Positions 40,238 through 52,153 are shown, counted from the first letter of the stretch. The stretch is 64,000 bases of DNA from an uncultured Chloroflexia bacterium (GCA_963746075.1 CAVUZY010000004.1:663848-727847), one strand, 5' to 3'. Made by a program: numbers and translations. Notes: generated from the letters alone by a model not told the origin.

Positions 40238-40334
40238 CAACCACCGCGGACCGGCGGCTCGCTTCGGCGGGCTGCCGGTTCGCCGATTCCGGTGGCCCGC
40301 CCCGGGCGCGGCTCGCGGGCCCTCAGGTGGCCGC

Positions 40335-41144
40335 TCAGCCGCGGGCGGCGCGCACCAGGGCGGATCGGTGGGTCGCGATCCACGCGTCGTCGGCGGCGGC
40401 CCGCTCGTCGCCGCCGGCCGACGCCCAGTTGCGGATCCACGACTCGTTGCCGGCGGCAATCTCGGCGCGGATGTTGGCGACGGTATGGACTCGTTGCTCG
40501 ACCAGGACGTCGACGAGCTCCTCGGCGGCGTCCCGCGCGAGGCCGTAGCCCCGGGCCAGGACGCCGACCCGGGCGATCCCGTCCAGGTCGAGCGGGTGCT
40601 GGTCGCGCCGGACCGGATCGCCGAGCGGGCCCCACATCTCGGCGGCGATCGCGACGTCCCACAGCGGCCGGCCCGGGGCGGCCATCGCGAAGTCGATCAA
40701 CGCGACGACGCGCCCGTCGCGGAAGACGACGTTCTCGGGAAAGAGGTCGTCGTGGCAGATCGTGGCCGACGGGTCGCCGGCGCCGGCCGTGGGATCGGCC
40801 CAGTCGGGCGCCCACTCGGCGTCCGCAGGCGGGAGGAACGTGGCCGCCGCCTCGTGGAAGCGCCGCACGAGTCCCCCGAGGTCGGCCAGCGCACGATCGG
40901 TCATCGACCAGGCCGGGTAGGGCGGCAGCGGGACGTCGCCGTCGATCCAGGACAGGACCTCGCGGCCCTGCTCGTCGGTCCCGAGGTGGCGCGGTGCGCC
41001 GTCGAAGCCGACCGCCTCGAGATGGAGCAGCAGCTCGCGGACGGCGTTGCCGGACTCCCCGGCATGGCGCCGCACGGTGTCGCCGACCCGGACCGGCGCC
41101 CAGCGCGGATCCATGCCGCCGACGAGGGGCACCTCGTCGGTCAT
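40335..41144 (-). CDS. aminoglycoside/phosphotransferase (APH) family kinase
   Basis: Catalytic loop ICHDDLFPENVVF and DFAMAAPG (APH Brenner motif plus DFG-like). Confidence 0.8.
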   Translation of the reverse strand: MTDEVPLVGGMDPRWAPVRVGDTVRRHAGESGNAVRELLLHLEAVGFDGAPRHLGTDEQGREVLSWIDGDVPLPPYPAWSMTDRALADLGGLVRRFHEAAATFLPPADAEWAPDWADPTAGAGDPSATICHDDLFPENVVFRDGRVVALIDFAMAAPGRPLWDVAIAAEMWGPLGDPVRRDQHPLDLDGIARVGVLARGYGLARDAAEELVDVLVEQRVHTVANIRAEIAAGNESWIRNWASAGGDERAAADDAWIATHRSALVRAARG

Positions 41145-41151
41145 CGCGCGG

Positions 41152-41568
41152 TCATCGCGCGGTCGCGGCCTTGCGCTGGCTGATCTCGAACAGGTGACCG
41201 TCTGGATCGCGGAAGAACGCCCGGATCTCCCACGGATACTCGACCGGATCGGCGAGGAACGTGGCGCCGCGGGCGACGAGCTCGGCGTGAGCCGCTCGGC
41301 AGTCCGGCACGGCGACGATGAGCTCCGCGCTGGCCGTGTCGGGGTCGGACGGCGCGGCCATCGTCACGGTGGGCTTGTCCGCGGTCGGCCCGCCGCCCGT
41401 CACGAGGAGCAGCCAGCAATCGACGAAGCGGAGCACCGCCGACGTCCCGCCGTACTCGCCGACGACCTCGGCGCCCAGGACGTCGCGATACCAGGCCACG
41501 GAACGGCCGAGGTCGGTGATGACGAGCAGCCGGGTCAGGTCGGTCGCGTCGGCGGGGAAGACGGGCAT
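41152..41568 (-). CDS. VOC/glyoxalase-bleomycin resistance family protein
   Basis: 138 aa with paired βαβββ modules (FRDPDGHLFEI C-terminus). Probable start MPVFPADA at 41568. Confidence 0.65.
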   Translation of the reverse strand: MPVFPADATDLTRLLVITDLGRSVAWYRDVLGAEVVGEYGGTSAVLRFVDCWLLLVTGGGPTADKPTVTMAAPSDPDTASAELIVAVPDCRAAHAELVARGATFLADPVEYPWEIRAFFRDPDGHLFEISQRKAATAR

Positions 41569-41800
41569 CGGGCACCTCCTGGCACGATCATCGCGGAACG
41601 GAGGGCGATCCGCGCGCCGGGTCCCGGCGGGCCGGCGGTCGCAGGGCCCGGGTTGCGTCAGTCCCGAGGCGAGGCGGACGCGGCCAGGGCCGCGATCGCA
41701 TCCGCGGCGGCAGCGATCAGGAGGATCGCCATCCCGCCTGGACGCCAGGCGTCTCGATTGGCGGAAACCGGTGTCCGGGCTCCAGTCGTAGAATCGATCG

Positions 41801-42632
41801 ATGGAGGCTCCGCCGCTGTCGCGCCGCCTGTTCCTCGCCGACCTCGGCCGCGGCGCGTTCGCCGTCGCGGTCATCGGAATTGCTGGCTGCGGGCCGGCCG
41901 CCGCGACGGCCCGTCCCTCGGGCTCGGCCTCAGCGCCCGGCACATCGGCATCGCCTGCCGGCTCGGGTGCTCCCGGTGCGTCCACCCCGGCGGGCTCGGT
42001 CGCGCCGCCCGCGTCGGCCGGCGCGCCGGCATCCGGGAGCGACCGGCGCCGTCACGTGGACCCGGGTCAACCTCGGCTTCGTGTCGGCGTATCTGCTCGT
42101 CCGCGGCGGCGAGGCGGCGATCGTCGATACCGGGGTCGCCGGTAGCGAGGACGAGATCGCGGCCGGGCTGACCGGGATCGGGCTCGACTGGTCCGCCGTC
42201 GCCCATGTGATCCTGACCCACAAGCACGGCGACCACGCCGGGAGCGCCAGCGCGATCCTCAGCGCGGCCCCGGCGGCGACCGGCTACATCGGCGCTGCGG
42301 ATCTTGCCTCGGTCCCGACGCCGCGGGCGCTCACCGCCGTGAACGATGGCGACACGGTGTTCGGCCTGCGGATCATCGGGACACCTGGTCACACGGCCGG
42401 CCACGTCGCGGTCCTCGACGAGGCTGGCGGAGTCCTCCTCGCCGGCGATGCGCTGCGGACGCAGGGCGGGACCCTGGCGGGATCGAGCCCGCAGAACACC
42501 GAGGACGCGACGCAGGCCCAGGCATCGGTCGTGAAGATGGGCAATCTCACGTTCGAGACGCTCCTCGTCGGCCACGGCGAGCCGATCCTGACGGGCGCGG
42601 CGGCACAGGTGAAGGCGCTCGGCGGCGGCTGA
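41801..42632 (+). CDS. MBL-fold metallo-hydrolase, Tat-signal lipoprotein; frameshift near 42045
   Basis: Tat motif SRRLFLADLGRGAFAVAVIGIAGC (lipobox), then after the frameshift ...VILTHKHGDHAG...GTPGHTAGH...LLVGHGE (metallo-β-lactamase His/Asp ligands). Confidence 0.7.
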
Positions 42633-42650
42633 TCGCGGTACCCTCGGCAG

Positions 42651-44333
<1,683 letters not shown>

Positions 44334-44352
44334 CGCGTCCGGGACGCCGCGG

Positions 44353-45417
44353 CTAGGGGAGCGGCCGCCAGAGACGCCCGAGCAGCAGCCCGAACGCAGC
44401 CAGCAGGCCGCCGATCGCGACGAACCCGGCGCTGACCTCGACGGCCTCGCTCCGCAGGATCAGGCTCGTCGGCAGCTCGGCGAAGACCCGCTCGAGCTCC
44501 ACGGCGCTCGTCGCCGGGTAGTACGCACCGTCGGTGACCTCGGCGACCTCGCGCAGCGTCGGCTCGTCGATGCCGCGCGGGAACCGGCCGCCTCCGCCGC
44601 CGCCGAACCCGCCCCCGAACCCGCCGCCGGGCTCGTTGCCGATGAACTGGCGGCGGCAGACCGGATCGATCTGCCCCCCGTCGACCGACCCGAACCCGAT
44701 CGTGTAGACGCGCAGCCCGCGGTCGGCCGCCTGGCGGGCCGCTTCGACCGGCTCCGGCCCGCTGTTGCTGGCGCCATCGGTGAGCACGACGATGATGCTC
44801 GGCGAGTACTCGCCCTCGGCGACCGGCGGTGGCGCAGCCCCGGCCCGGCCCGGGACGACGCTCCTGGCGACCGTCGGGTCGACCTCGGCGATCGCGTCGA
44901 TCGCCGACAGGATCCCGCTGCCGATGGCCGTCCGGCGGGCCGTCGTGAGGCTCCGGATCGCGTCGATGAGCAGCGTCTCGTCGGAGGTGGGAGCCTGGAC
45001 GATCGCCCCGAAGCCGCTGAACGCCACGATCCCGATCTGGGTCCGCGACTTCTGACTGGTGACGAACGCGATCGCGGCCGATTCGGCCGCCTCGAGCCGC
45101 GTCGGCTCGATGTCGGTCGAGCACATGCTGCCCGACACGTCCATCGTCAGGATGATCGTGGTCTGGTTGGCCGGCACGCTCAGGACGACCGCGGGTCGGG
45201 CGACCGCAAGCACGATGGCCCCGGCCGCCGCGGCGAGGAGGGCGAACGGCAGGTGCCGCCGGAGCCGTCCACCGCCGGGCTGGGCAGCGCGGATGAGGGC
45301 GAGGCTCGAGTACCGCGCTGCCTGCGGCCGATGGCGACCGAGGCTCCAGACGTACAGGGCGACCAGCGCCGGGACGATCCCGAGGAGGAGGAGCAGGCCA
45401 AGCCACTGGAAGGTCAT
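44353..45417 (-). CDS. VWA-domain membrane protein (Bat-like module 2, distal copy)
   Basis: N-terminal TM, MIDAS ILTMDVSGSMCSTDIEPTRL, Gly-rich GGGFGGGFGGGGGG segment, C-terminal TM. Confidence 0.8.
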   Translation of the reverse strand: MTFQWLGLLLLLGIVPALVALYVWSLGRHRPQAARYSSLALIRAAQPGGGRLRRHLPFALLAAAAGAIVLAVARPAVVLSVPANQTTIILTMDVSGSMCSTDIEPTRLEAAESAAIAFVTSQKSRTQIGIVAFSGFGAIVQAPTSDETLLIDAIRSLTTARRTAIGSGILSAIDAIAEVDPTVARSVVPGRAGAAPPPVAEGEYSPSIIVVLTDGASNSGPEPVEAARQAADRGLRVYTIGFGSVDGGQIDPVCRRQFIGNEPGGGFGGGFGGGGGGRFPRGIDEPTLREVAEVTDGAYYPATSAVELERVFAELPTSLILRSEAVEVSAGFVAIGGLLAAFGLLLGRLWRPLP

Positions 45418-45445
45418 GGCGTCCTCCGCCTGTTGCGGTCCAGGC

Positions 45446-46501
45446 TCATGGCAGCCGGCCGGACCGGGCCAGCGACCCGGCCGCTCCGACGATGAGGAGC
45501 ACCAGCCCGAGCGCGGCGACGAGCGCGGTCAGCTCGAGGCCCTCGTCGCGGCCGACGAGGTTGCGGGCGAGCCCGTCGTAGACCGTGGCGGGATCCAGCT
45601 CGGCGGCGGGCTGGTACGTCCCCGCGGTCAGGTCGGCGACTTCGCGCAGGGCGTCCTCCTCGAGCCGGGTCTGGACCCGGAAGCCGTCCAGCTCGAGGGT
45701 CGTCCCGGCCGCCGTGCCGACCCCGACGGTGACGATCCGGATCCCGCGGTCCGCCGCGGCCTGGGCGGCGGCCAGCGGATCGGGACGCTCGTTGTTCTCG
45801 CCGTCGCTGAACAGGACGATCGCCGCGGCCTCGTGACTGCCCGGGGCCACCGGCACCGCCGCCGCGCTCGGTTCGGCCGAGCGGTTGCTGTAGTAGCTGG
45901 CGGGCGTGTCGGTCTCGGCTCGTTCGATCGCCCCGATCGTGGCCAGGATGCCCTGGCCGACGGACGTCCCGCGGCTCGGCGCCAGCCGGTCGATCGCCTG
46001 CATGACCCGGGCCGTCTCGTTCGTTGGCGTCTGGACGGCGAGGCCGCCGTCGCTGAACGCCACCACGCCGATGACGACGCCGTCGGGGCGACGCTCGACG
46101 AGGGCCTTGGCGGCGGTCTTGGCGGCCTCCATCCGGGTCGGTGCGACGTCGTCGGCGGCCATGCTGCCCGAGACGTCGAACGTCAGGACGAGCGTGCCCT
46201 CGATCCGGGGCACGGAGACGGTCGCCTGCGGCCGGGCCAGGGCCACCGCGAACACGACGAAGGCGGCAACGATGGCGGCGGCCGCCAACCGGTCCGCCAG
46301 CCGCCGCCCGGCCCGGCCGGCTCCGACCGCCCCGACCGCCCCGCCCGAGCCGCCCGAGCCGCCGGCTCCGTTGGCGTCGCGCCCGAGCCCGCCGAGACCC
46401 GCCAGCCGGGCTCGTCGTCGCCGGTCGATCCGGCGCGCCGCCAACAGCCCGAGCGGGACCAGCCCGATCGCGAGCAGGGCCGGCGGCCAGAGGAACGTCA
46501 T
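45446..46501 (-). CDS. VWA-domain membrane protein (Bat-like module 2, proximal copy)
   Basis: MIDAS VLTFDVSGSMAADDVAPTRM. N- and C-terminal TM helices. Stop/start overlap with the DUF58 gene (ATGA). Confidence 0.8.
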   Translation of the reverse strand: MTFLWPPALLAIGLVPLGLLAARRIDRRRRARLAGLGGLGRDANGAGGSGGSGGAVGAVGAGRAGRRLADRLAAAAIVAAFVVFAVALARPQATVSVPRIEGTLVLTFDVSGSMAADDVAPTRMEAAKTAAKALVERRPDGVVIGVVAFSDGGLAVQTPTNETARVMQAIDRLAPSRGTSVGQGILATIGAIERAETDTPASYYSNRSAEPSAAAVPVAPGSHEAAAIVLFSDGENNERPDPLAAAQAAADRGIRIVTVGVGTAAGTTLELDGFRVQTRLEEDALREVADLTAGTYQPAAELDPATVYDGLARNLVGRDEGLELTALVAALGLVLLIVGAAGSLARSGRLP

Positions 46502-47403
46502 GCCGGAACCCGCCGGCGAAGCTTGTGGCCGGCCGCCATCCGGACGATCGCCCGGACGAGGTCGTCCTCGGTGGACAGCGTTGCCGCCTCGACCCGGGCC
46601 CGGCGCAGCGCCGCCGTCACCTCCGCCTCGCGGGCGTCGGCGGCCGCCCGGAAGCGCTTGCGGAACCCGGCGTCGGCGGTGTCCACGTAGAGCTGCTCGC
46701 CGGTCTCCGCGTCCTGCATCACGAGCGGGCCGACGTCCGGCAGCTCGATCTCGCGGGGGTCGACGAGCCGGACGGCCAGCAGCTCATGGCGCCGGTTCAG
46801 GAGCTCGAGCGGGCGGTCCCAGCCCGGGACACCGATGAAGTCCGAGACGAGGATCAGCAGCGACCGGCGCCGGATCCGGCGATGGGCAGCCTGGAGCAGC
46901 GGCCCCAGGTCCGTCACCGGCGCGACGGCGAGACGCGGCTGGCGCAGGAGGTCCTCGATCAGGCGCAGGACGTGGACCCGGCCCGAACCGGCCGGCAGGA
47001 CGTGGTCCTCGTTGCCGGCCCACGCGATCGCCCCGACCCGATTGCCGCGCCGGGTCAGGAGCCGGGCCATCGTCGCCACGAAGTCGATCAGGACCGTCCG
47101 CTTCTCGCGCTCCGTCTCGACCGTTCCGAAGTCGACGGACGGGCTGAGGTCGAGCAGGAACCAGGCCGTGATCTCGCGATCCTCGTGGTACTCGCGAACC
47201 CATGGCGCGTCCATCCGGGCGGTCACGTTCCAGTCGATCGCGCGAACGTCGTCGCCGAACTCGTACTCGCGGAGGGCGGCGAAGTCGAGCCCGGTGCCGT
47301 GGAACAGGCTCCGGTCGTCGCCCTGGAGCAGGCCGTCCAGGCGCCGGACGACCTGCCAGTCGAGTCGCTGGAGGATGCGCTCAGGCGCCGACGCGAACGC
47401 CAT
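46498..47403 (-). CDS. DUF58 protein (module 2)
   Basis: IDWNVTARMDAPWVREYHEDREITAWFLLDLSPS...LLILVSDFIG. Intact. Confidence 0.85.
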   Translation of the reverse strand: MAFASAPERILQRLDWQVVRRLDGLLQGDDRSLFHGTGLDFAALREYEFGDDVRAIDWNVTARMDAPWVREYHEDREITAWFLLDLSPSVDFGTVETEREKRTVLIDFVATMARLLTRRGNRVGAIAWAGNEDHVLPAGSGRVHVLRLIEDLLRQPRLAVAPVTDLGPLLQAAHRRIRRRSLLILVSDFIGVPGWDRPLELLNRRHELLAVRLVDPREIELPDVGPLVMQDAETGEQLYVDTADAGFRKRFRAAADAREAEVTAALRRARVEAATLSTEDDLVRAIVRMAAGHKLRRRVPA

Positions 47404-48415
47404 CTCGCTCCTGGAGGGGGACGACCGGCATCGGGACGCGGCCCAGGATCGACGCCAGGATCCGGTCGGCCGAGATGTCGTCGGAGAGGGCCTCGAACGA
47501 CAGGACGAGGCGGTGGCGCATCACGTCCATCGCCATGTCCCGGACGTCCTGTGGCAGCGCGTACTCGCGGCCTCGGACGTGGGCCAGGGCGCGGGCGGTG
47601 AGGATCAGGTTGATCGAGGCTCGCGGGCTCGCGCCGTACGTCAGGTAGCGGCGAAGCTCGGGCATCCCGTGGGCCTCCGGCTCGCGGGTCGCCGTCGTGA
47701 GCCGGACGGCGTAATCGATGAGCGCCGGGTCGACATACACCGCGTCCACGACGGTCTGGAGCCGAACCAGCTCCTTCGTCGTCAGGACCTCGTTGATCGT
47801 GTCGCGCCGGCCGGTCATCCGCTCCACGACCGCGAACTCCTCCGTGGGCGACGGATACCCGACGAGGACCTTGAGCATGAACCGGTCGACCTGGGCCTCG
47901 GGCAGGGCGTAGGTGCCCTCGGTCTCGATCGGGTTCTGTGTCGCGAGCACCAGGAACGGGTTGGGCACCGGATGCGATTCGTGGGCGATCGTGACCTGCC
48001 GCTCCTGCATGACCTCGAGGAGGGCGCTCTGGACCTTGGCCGGGGCGCGGTTGATCTCGTCCGCCAGGAGCAGGTTCGTGAAGACGGGCCCGAACGACGT
48101 GGTGAACTCGGCCGTCTTCTGGTTGTAGATCCGGGTCCCGATCAGGTCGGCCGGGACGAGGTCCGGGGTGAACTGGATCCGCTTGAAGTCACCGCCGATG
48201 GCCTCGGCCAGCGACTTGATCGCCATCGTCTTGGCGAGGCCCGGCACGCCCTCGACGAGGAGATGGCCGCGAGCCAGGAGGGCGACCGCCATCCGCTCGA
48301 GCAGATGGTCCTGGCCGACGATGACCTTCTTGACCTCGAACAGCAGGCGCTCCATCGGCGCGGCCGGGCGGGTGGTCTGGGCGGGGTCCAACGGGGTCAC
48401 CTCCTGCAAGGTCAA
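47381..48415 (-). CDS. MoxR-family AAA+ ATPase (module 2)
   Basis: GQDHLLERMAVALLARGHLLVEGVPGLAKT...LLADEINRAPAKVQSALLEVMQERQVT. The start overlaps the upstream protease gene's stop (ATGA). Confidence 0.9.
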   Translation of the reverse strand: MTLQEVTPLDPAQTTRPAAPMERLLFEVKKVIVGQDHLLERMAVALLARGHLLVEGVPGLAKTMAIKSLAEAIGGDFKRIQFTPDLVPADLIGTRIYNQKTAEFTTSFGPVFTNLLLADEINRAPAKVQSALLEVMQERQVTIAHESHPVPNPFLVLATQNPIETEGTYALPEAQVDRFMLKVLVGYPSPTEEFAVVERMTGRRDTINEVLTTKELVRLQTVVDAVYVDPALIDYAVRLTTATREPEAHGMPELRRYLTYGASPRASINLILTARALAHVRGREYALPQDVRDMAMDVMRHRLVLSFEALSDDISADRILASILGRVPMPVVPLQERDGVRVGA

Positions 48416-49308
48416 TACGGCGGCAGGCCGGCGGCGCCGCCGGCGACGTCGATCGGCACGGCCAGGCCGATCCCGATGAAGACGTCCTGCTTGGTCGGGT
48501 TCACGAGCGCGGTCACGATCCCGACGACCCGGCCGTTGCGATCGAGGAGCGGTCCGCCGGAGTTGCCCGGGTTGATGGCCGCATCGACCTGGATCAGGCC
48601 GCTGATCGTCTGGTCCGTGCCGGGCTGCTCGTACGAGCGGTCGAGGGCGGAGACGACGCCCGTGCTCAGCGAGCCGGCGAGGCCGAAGGGATTCCCGACG
48701 ACGTACGCCTCGCTCCCGATCCGCATCGCGGCCGGGTTGCCGAGCGTCGCCGGCAGGAGGCCTGCGGGCGGCTCGTCCGGCTCGAGCACGGCGATGTCCG
48801 ACTCGGGCGTGCTCGACGCGATCGTCGCACTCGAGCTGGAGCCGTTCGCGTAGGTGATCTTGATCGTCGTCGCGCCGGCGACGACGTGGAGCGCGGTCAG
48901 CACGAGGCCGGCGTCGTTGACGACGACCCCGCTCCCCAGCCCGTGGCCATCGTCGGCGCCGTCGTTCGCGCGGTCGGTCTCGATGATGACGAGCGACGGC
49001 CGGACGACGGCATAGACGAGCTCGGATCGTGGCGCGGCGGGGGTCTGCGAGGCGAGGGCGCTGGCGACCGCGATGTTGACGTCGCGCAGGGTGATCGGCG
49101 GCCGGCCCGGGTTGACGATGCCGAAGGCGGCGATCGCGAGGAAGGCGGCGGCGATCCCGGCCACGAACGGCGTGGCGCGTCGAACGCCGGCGGCGGCGCG
49201 CCTCCTCGCCCGCGGTGGCGGTGCCGTCTCCGCGACCGCAGGACGGCGCGGGACGGGAGCCTCCGTTCGAGGCCCGAGGCGGCGTTGCTCGTCCGGCTCG
49301 TCGAACAT
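48412..49308 (-). CDS. membrane-anchored S1/trypsin-like (HtrA/DegP-type) serine protease, first gene of module 2
   Basis: TM FVAGIAAAFLAIAAFGIV. Catalytic triad context TALHVVAG (His), ESDIAVL (Asp), GNSGGPLLD (Ser). No PDZ domain is evident. Start placed at MFDEPDEQ (49308) to avoid overlap with the divergent gene. Confidence 0.75.
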   Translation of the reverse strand: MFDEPDEQRRLGPRTEAPVPRRPAVAETAPPPRARRRAAAGVRRATPFVAGIAAAFLAIAAFGIVNPGRPPITLRDVNIAVASALASQTPAAPRSELVYAVVRPSLVIIETDRANDGADDGHGLGSGVVVNDAGLVLTALHVVAGATTIKITYANGSSSSATIASSTPESDIAVLEPDEPPAGLLPATLGNPAAMRIGSEAYVVGNPFGLAGSLSTGVVSALDRSYEQPGTDQTISGLIQVDAAINPGNSGGPLLDRNGRVVGIVTALVNPTKQDVFIGIGLAVPIDVAGGAAGLPPY

Positions 49309-49526
49309 CGACAGCGGGGACTCCGTGTCATCCTCGGCGGGAGTGTCTCTCCCGTGAGCGAGCCTTCCGGCGGAGCGTCGGCGGCGTTTCTGAGAGTTGC
49401 CTGAGACCGTTCCGACGGAAGTCGCCGGTGGCGATGGTGCACCGACGCCCCACAAGTCTAGGCCCGTGCTCAACAACGTGGCCAAGAATGGCTCGACGAG
49501 CGCCGTCTGCGTCGTAGACTCCGCCC

Positions 49527-50150
49527 ATGACCGGTCCCCGCGCCAACCTCCGGATCCCGCTCCTCGGACTGCTGATCGTCGCGCTCCTGGTGGCGGTCGC
49601 GATCCCCGCCCTGGCGGCGGGTCCGTCGGCGTCGCCGGACGCGGCCAATGCCGCCGCATCGGGCAAGCCGGACAAGCCGGGCAAGGGGCCGAAGGCCTCC
49701 AAGGAGCCCGAGGTCGCTGTCACCCTTAGCGGGGTCGTCACGGCGACGACCGATGCCGACGGCACGACCGGCTACGCGATGACGGTCGCCGGCAAGACCG
49801 TCCGGCTGGAAGCGGGCCCATCCTGGTTCTTCGGCGACAAGCATCCGCTCAAGGCGTTCGTCGGCAAGACCGTGACGATCGTCGGCGGCCAGCGCGGCGA
49901 CGAGGTCGACGTCGAGACGGTGGACGGAGTCCGGCTCCGAGAGGCGGGCAGGCCGCCGTGGGCGGGCGGCTGGAAGGCCGTCGGCTCGGCCCATCCCGGC
50001 TGGACCCAGGAGAAGTGGGACAAGTGGCAGGCGAAGCAGGCCGGCAAGGGTGACAAGCGCGGCGCGGCGGCCGGTGCCGGCTGCTGGCCACCCGGTCACT
50101 GCAAGGGCCCGAAGGCGTCGGCCGAGGCGCCCGACCCGAACGGCGGCTGA
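49527..50150 (+). CDS. hypothetical secreted protein
   Basis: Signal peptide LLGLLIVALLVAVAIPALAAGPSA, Lys/Pro/Gly-rich linker, then a ~120-aa domain. No motif recognised. Confidence 0.5.
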   Translation: MTGPRANLRIPLLGLLIVALLVAVAIPALAAGPSASPDAANAAASGKPDKPGKGPKASKEPEVAVTLSGVVTATTDADGTTGYAMTVAGKTVRLEAGPSWFFGDKHPLKAFVGKTVTIVGGQRGDEVDVETVDGVRLREAGRPPWAGGWKAVGSAHPGWTQEKWDKWQAKQAGKGDKRGAAAGAGCWPPGHCKGPKASAEAPDPNGG

Positions 50151-50222
50151 CCGCCCGACGCCGCGCCGGATATCGTTGACGCCGTCCAGCCCGATCCCGG
50201 GCGGGCGCAGCGGAGCGGCCCG

Positions 50223-51494
50223 ATGACCCTCGTCGACGACTACCTCGCCCGGACGCCGCGGTCGCGCGCCCTCTTCGAACGTGCGACCACGTCGCTGCCC
50301 GGGGGCTCGACCCGGACGACGGTCTACAGCGCGCCCTATCCGCCGTACGCCGATCACGGCTCGGGCCTGGCCCTGACCGATGTCGACGGCAACGTCTATC
50401 GCGACTTCCTCGGCAACTACACGTCGCTGATCCTGGGCCACGCCCATCCGGCCGTCGTCGCGGCCGTCGAGTCACAGGTCCGGCGCGGCTCGGCGTTCGC
50501 GGCGCCGACCGAGACCGAGGTCGAGCTGGCCGAGGAGCTCCGGCGCCGGGTTCCCTCGATCGAGCACCTCCGATTCACCTCGTCGGGCACGGAGGCGACG
50601 ATGTTCGCGATCCGGGCGGCCCGCGCCCACACCGGGCGGCCGCTGATCGCCAAGTTCGATCACTCGTACCACGGCACCCACGACCAGGTCATGGCGGGCA
50701 CGCCGGGCGTGCCCGACGCGATCGGCGGCCTGATCATCGAGCTCCCGTGGGGCGATCCGGCCGGGATCGAGGCCGCGCTGCGCGGGCGCGAGGGCGAGCT
50801 GGCGGCGATCATCCTCGAGCCGGTCCAGGGCGCCGGCGGGGTCCGCCCGCCCGAGCCCGGGTTCCTCGAGCTCCTCCGGTCGCTGTGCGACCGCGTCGGT
50901 GCGCTCCTGATCTTCGACGAGATCATCTCGTTCCGGATCGCGTCCGGCGGGGCGCAGGAGATCCACGGCGTCCGGCCGGACCTGACGACCCTCGGCAAGA
51001 TCATTGCCGGCGGCTACCCGCTGGCGGCATTCGGCGGCCGGGCCGATGTCATGGCGATCTTCGACGCCCGGCGCGATCGGGCGGTGAGCCACGGCGGCAC
51101 GTTCAACGGCAATCCGGTGGCGGCCGCGGCCGGCCTGGCCACGCTCCGGGAGCTCACGCCCGGCGCCTACGAGCGGCTGTCGGCGCTGGGCGACCGGCTG
51201 ACGGCCAGGCTGACGGACCGGATCGCCGGCGCCGGACTGGACGCCCGGGTGGTCAACGTCGGGTCGCTGTTCCAGGTGTTCCGGGGCGAAGCCGGGGCCG
51301 CCTACGCCGCCGGCGCCGGCAAGCCGTCGGAGCTGTACCTGCGTCTGCTGCTCGCCGGATTCCTGATCGCGCCGCGCGGCATGGGTGCCATCCCGACCGT
51401 CGCGACGGAGCAGGACGTCGACGACCTCGCGGACGCGATCGGGCAGGCCCTGGTCGAGATGGAGCGGGCAGGGGAGCCGGCCCTCGCGCGCTGA
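50223..51494 (+). CDS. class III PLP aminotransferase (glutamate-1-semialdehyde 2,1-aminomutase-like)
   Basis: SFRIASGGAQE...TTLGKIIAGGYPLAAFGG (PLP-Lys context), N-terminus LPGGSTRTTVY. 423-aa intact ORF. Confidence 0.8.
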   Translation: MTLVDDYLARTPRSRALFERATTSLPGGSTRTTVYSAPYPPYADHGSGLALTDVDGNVYRDFLGNYTSLILGHAHPAVVAAVESQVRRGSAFAAPTETEVELAEELRRRVPSIEHLRFTSSGTEATMFAIRAARAHTGRPLIAKFDHSYHGTHDQVMAGTPGVPDAIGGLIIELPWGDPAGIEAALRGREGELAAIILEPVQGAGGVRPPEPGFLELLRSLCDRVGALLIFDEIISFRIASGGAQEIHGVRPDLTTLGKIIAGGYPLAAFGGRADVMAIFDARRDRAVSHGGTFNGNPVAAAAGLATLRELTPGAYERLSALGDRLTARLTDRIAGAGLDARVVNVGSLFQVFRGEAGAAYAAGAGKPSELYLRLLLAGFLIAPRGMGAIPTVATEQDVDDLADAIGQALVEMERAGEPALAR

Positions 51495-51589
51495 CAGGAC
51501 GCCACGAAGGCGGCGGCCGGGCACATTCCGGCGATCGCGTGCACCATGGACGAACGCGTTCGCCTCGCCCAGCCACGGAGATCGATGTC

Positions 51590-52153
51590 ATGAGTCTCTT
51601 CGGCCGTCCGTCTGACGCCGGCTCGACGTCCACCGACACGGATGCTCAGGCGCTGGCTCGATATCGGTACATGCTCGCGACGGCGCCGCCCGAGGACATC
51701 GAGCGGGCCCACGAGGAGGCGTTCGCGCGCCTGACACCCGAGCAACGCAAGCAGGCGATCCAGGCGCTCGCCCAGCATGTCCCCGAGGGCGAGATCCGTG
51801 GCGACGACCCGGCGTCTCTCGCGCGGGCGGCGACCCGGGCCGAGATCCGACAGCCGGGCACGATCGAACGCGCGTGGGGCAGCGGCGGGGCCGGATTCGG
51901 GCTGGGCAGCTGGTTCCTCGCGACCCTGGCGGGGAGCTTCATCGGAACGGCGATCGCGCAGTCGTTCTTCGACAACGATCCGGGACCGGCGCCCGATGGC
52001 GACGCGACGGGCGATGCGAATGGGAGCGGCGACGCCGGCCAGGGCGACCTTGCCTCCGGCGACGGCGACCTTGCCTCCGGCGACGGCGACTTCGGCGGCG
52101 ACGTGGGCGGCGATGTCGGTGGCGGCGACTTCGGGGACTTCGGCGGCTTCTGA
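51590..52153 (+). CDS. hypothetical protein with a Gly/Asp-repeat C-terminus
   Basis: ATG at 51590. Helical N-domain, TM-like GSWFLATLAGSFIGTAIA, then GDLASGDGDLASGDGDFGGDVGGDVGGGDFGDFGGF. Confidence 0.45.
   Translation: MSLFGRPSDAGSTSTDTDAQALARYRYMLATAPPEDIERAHEEAFARLTPEQRKQAIQALAQHVPEGEIRGDDPASLARAATRAEIRQPGTIERAWGSGGAGFGLGSWFLATLAGSFIGTAIAQSFFDNDPGPAPDGDATGDANGSGDAGQGDLASGDGDLASGDGDFGGDVGGDVGGGDFGDFGGF

Noticed and set aside
41569-41800. Sigma-70-like promoter (TTGGCG ... TAGAAT) in the VOC/MBL divergent region
   Set aside because: The -35/-10 spacing is ~25 bp, far from the 17 ± 1 optimum. Actinobacterial promoters are too degenerate to call from sequence alone.
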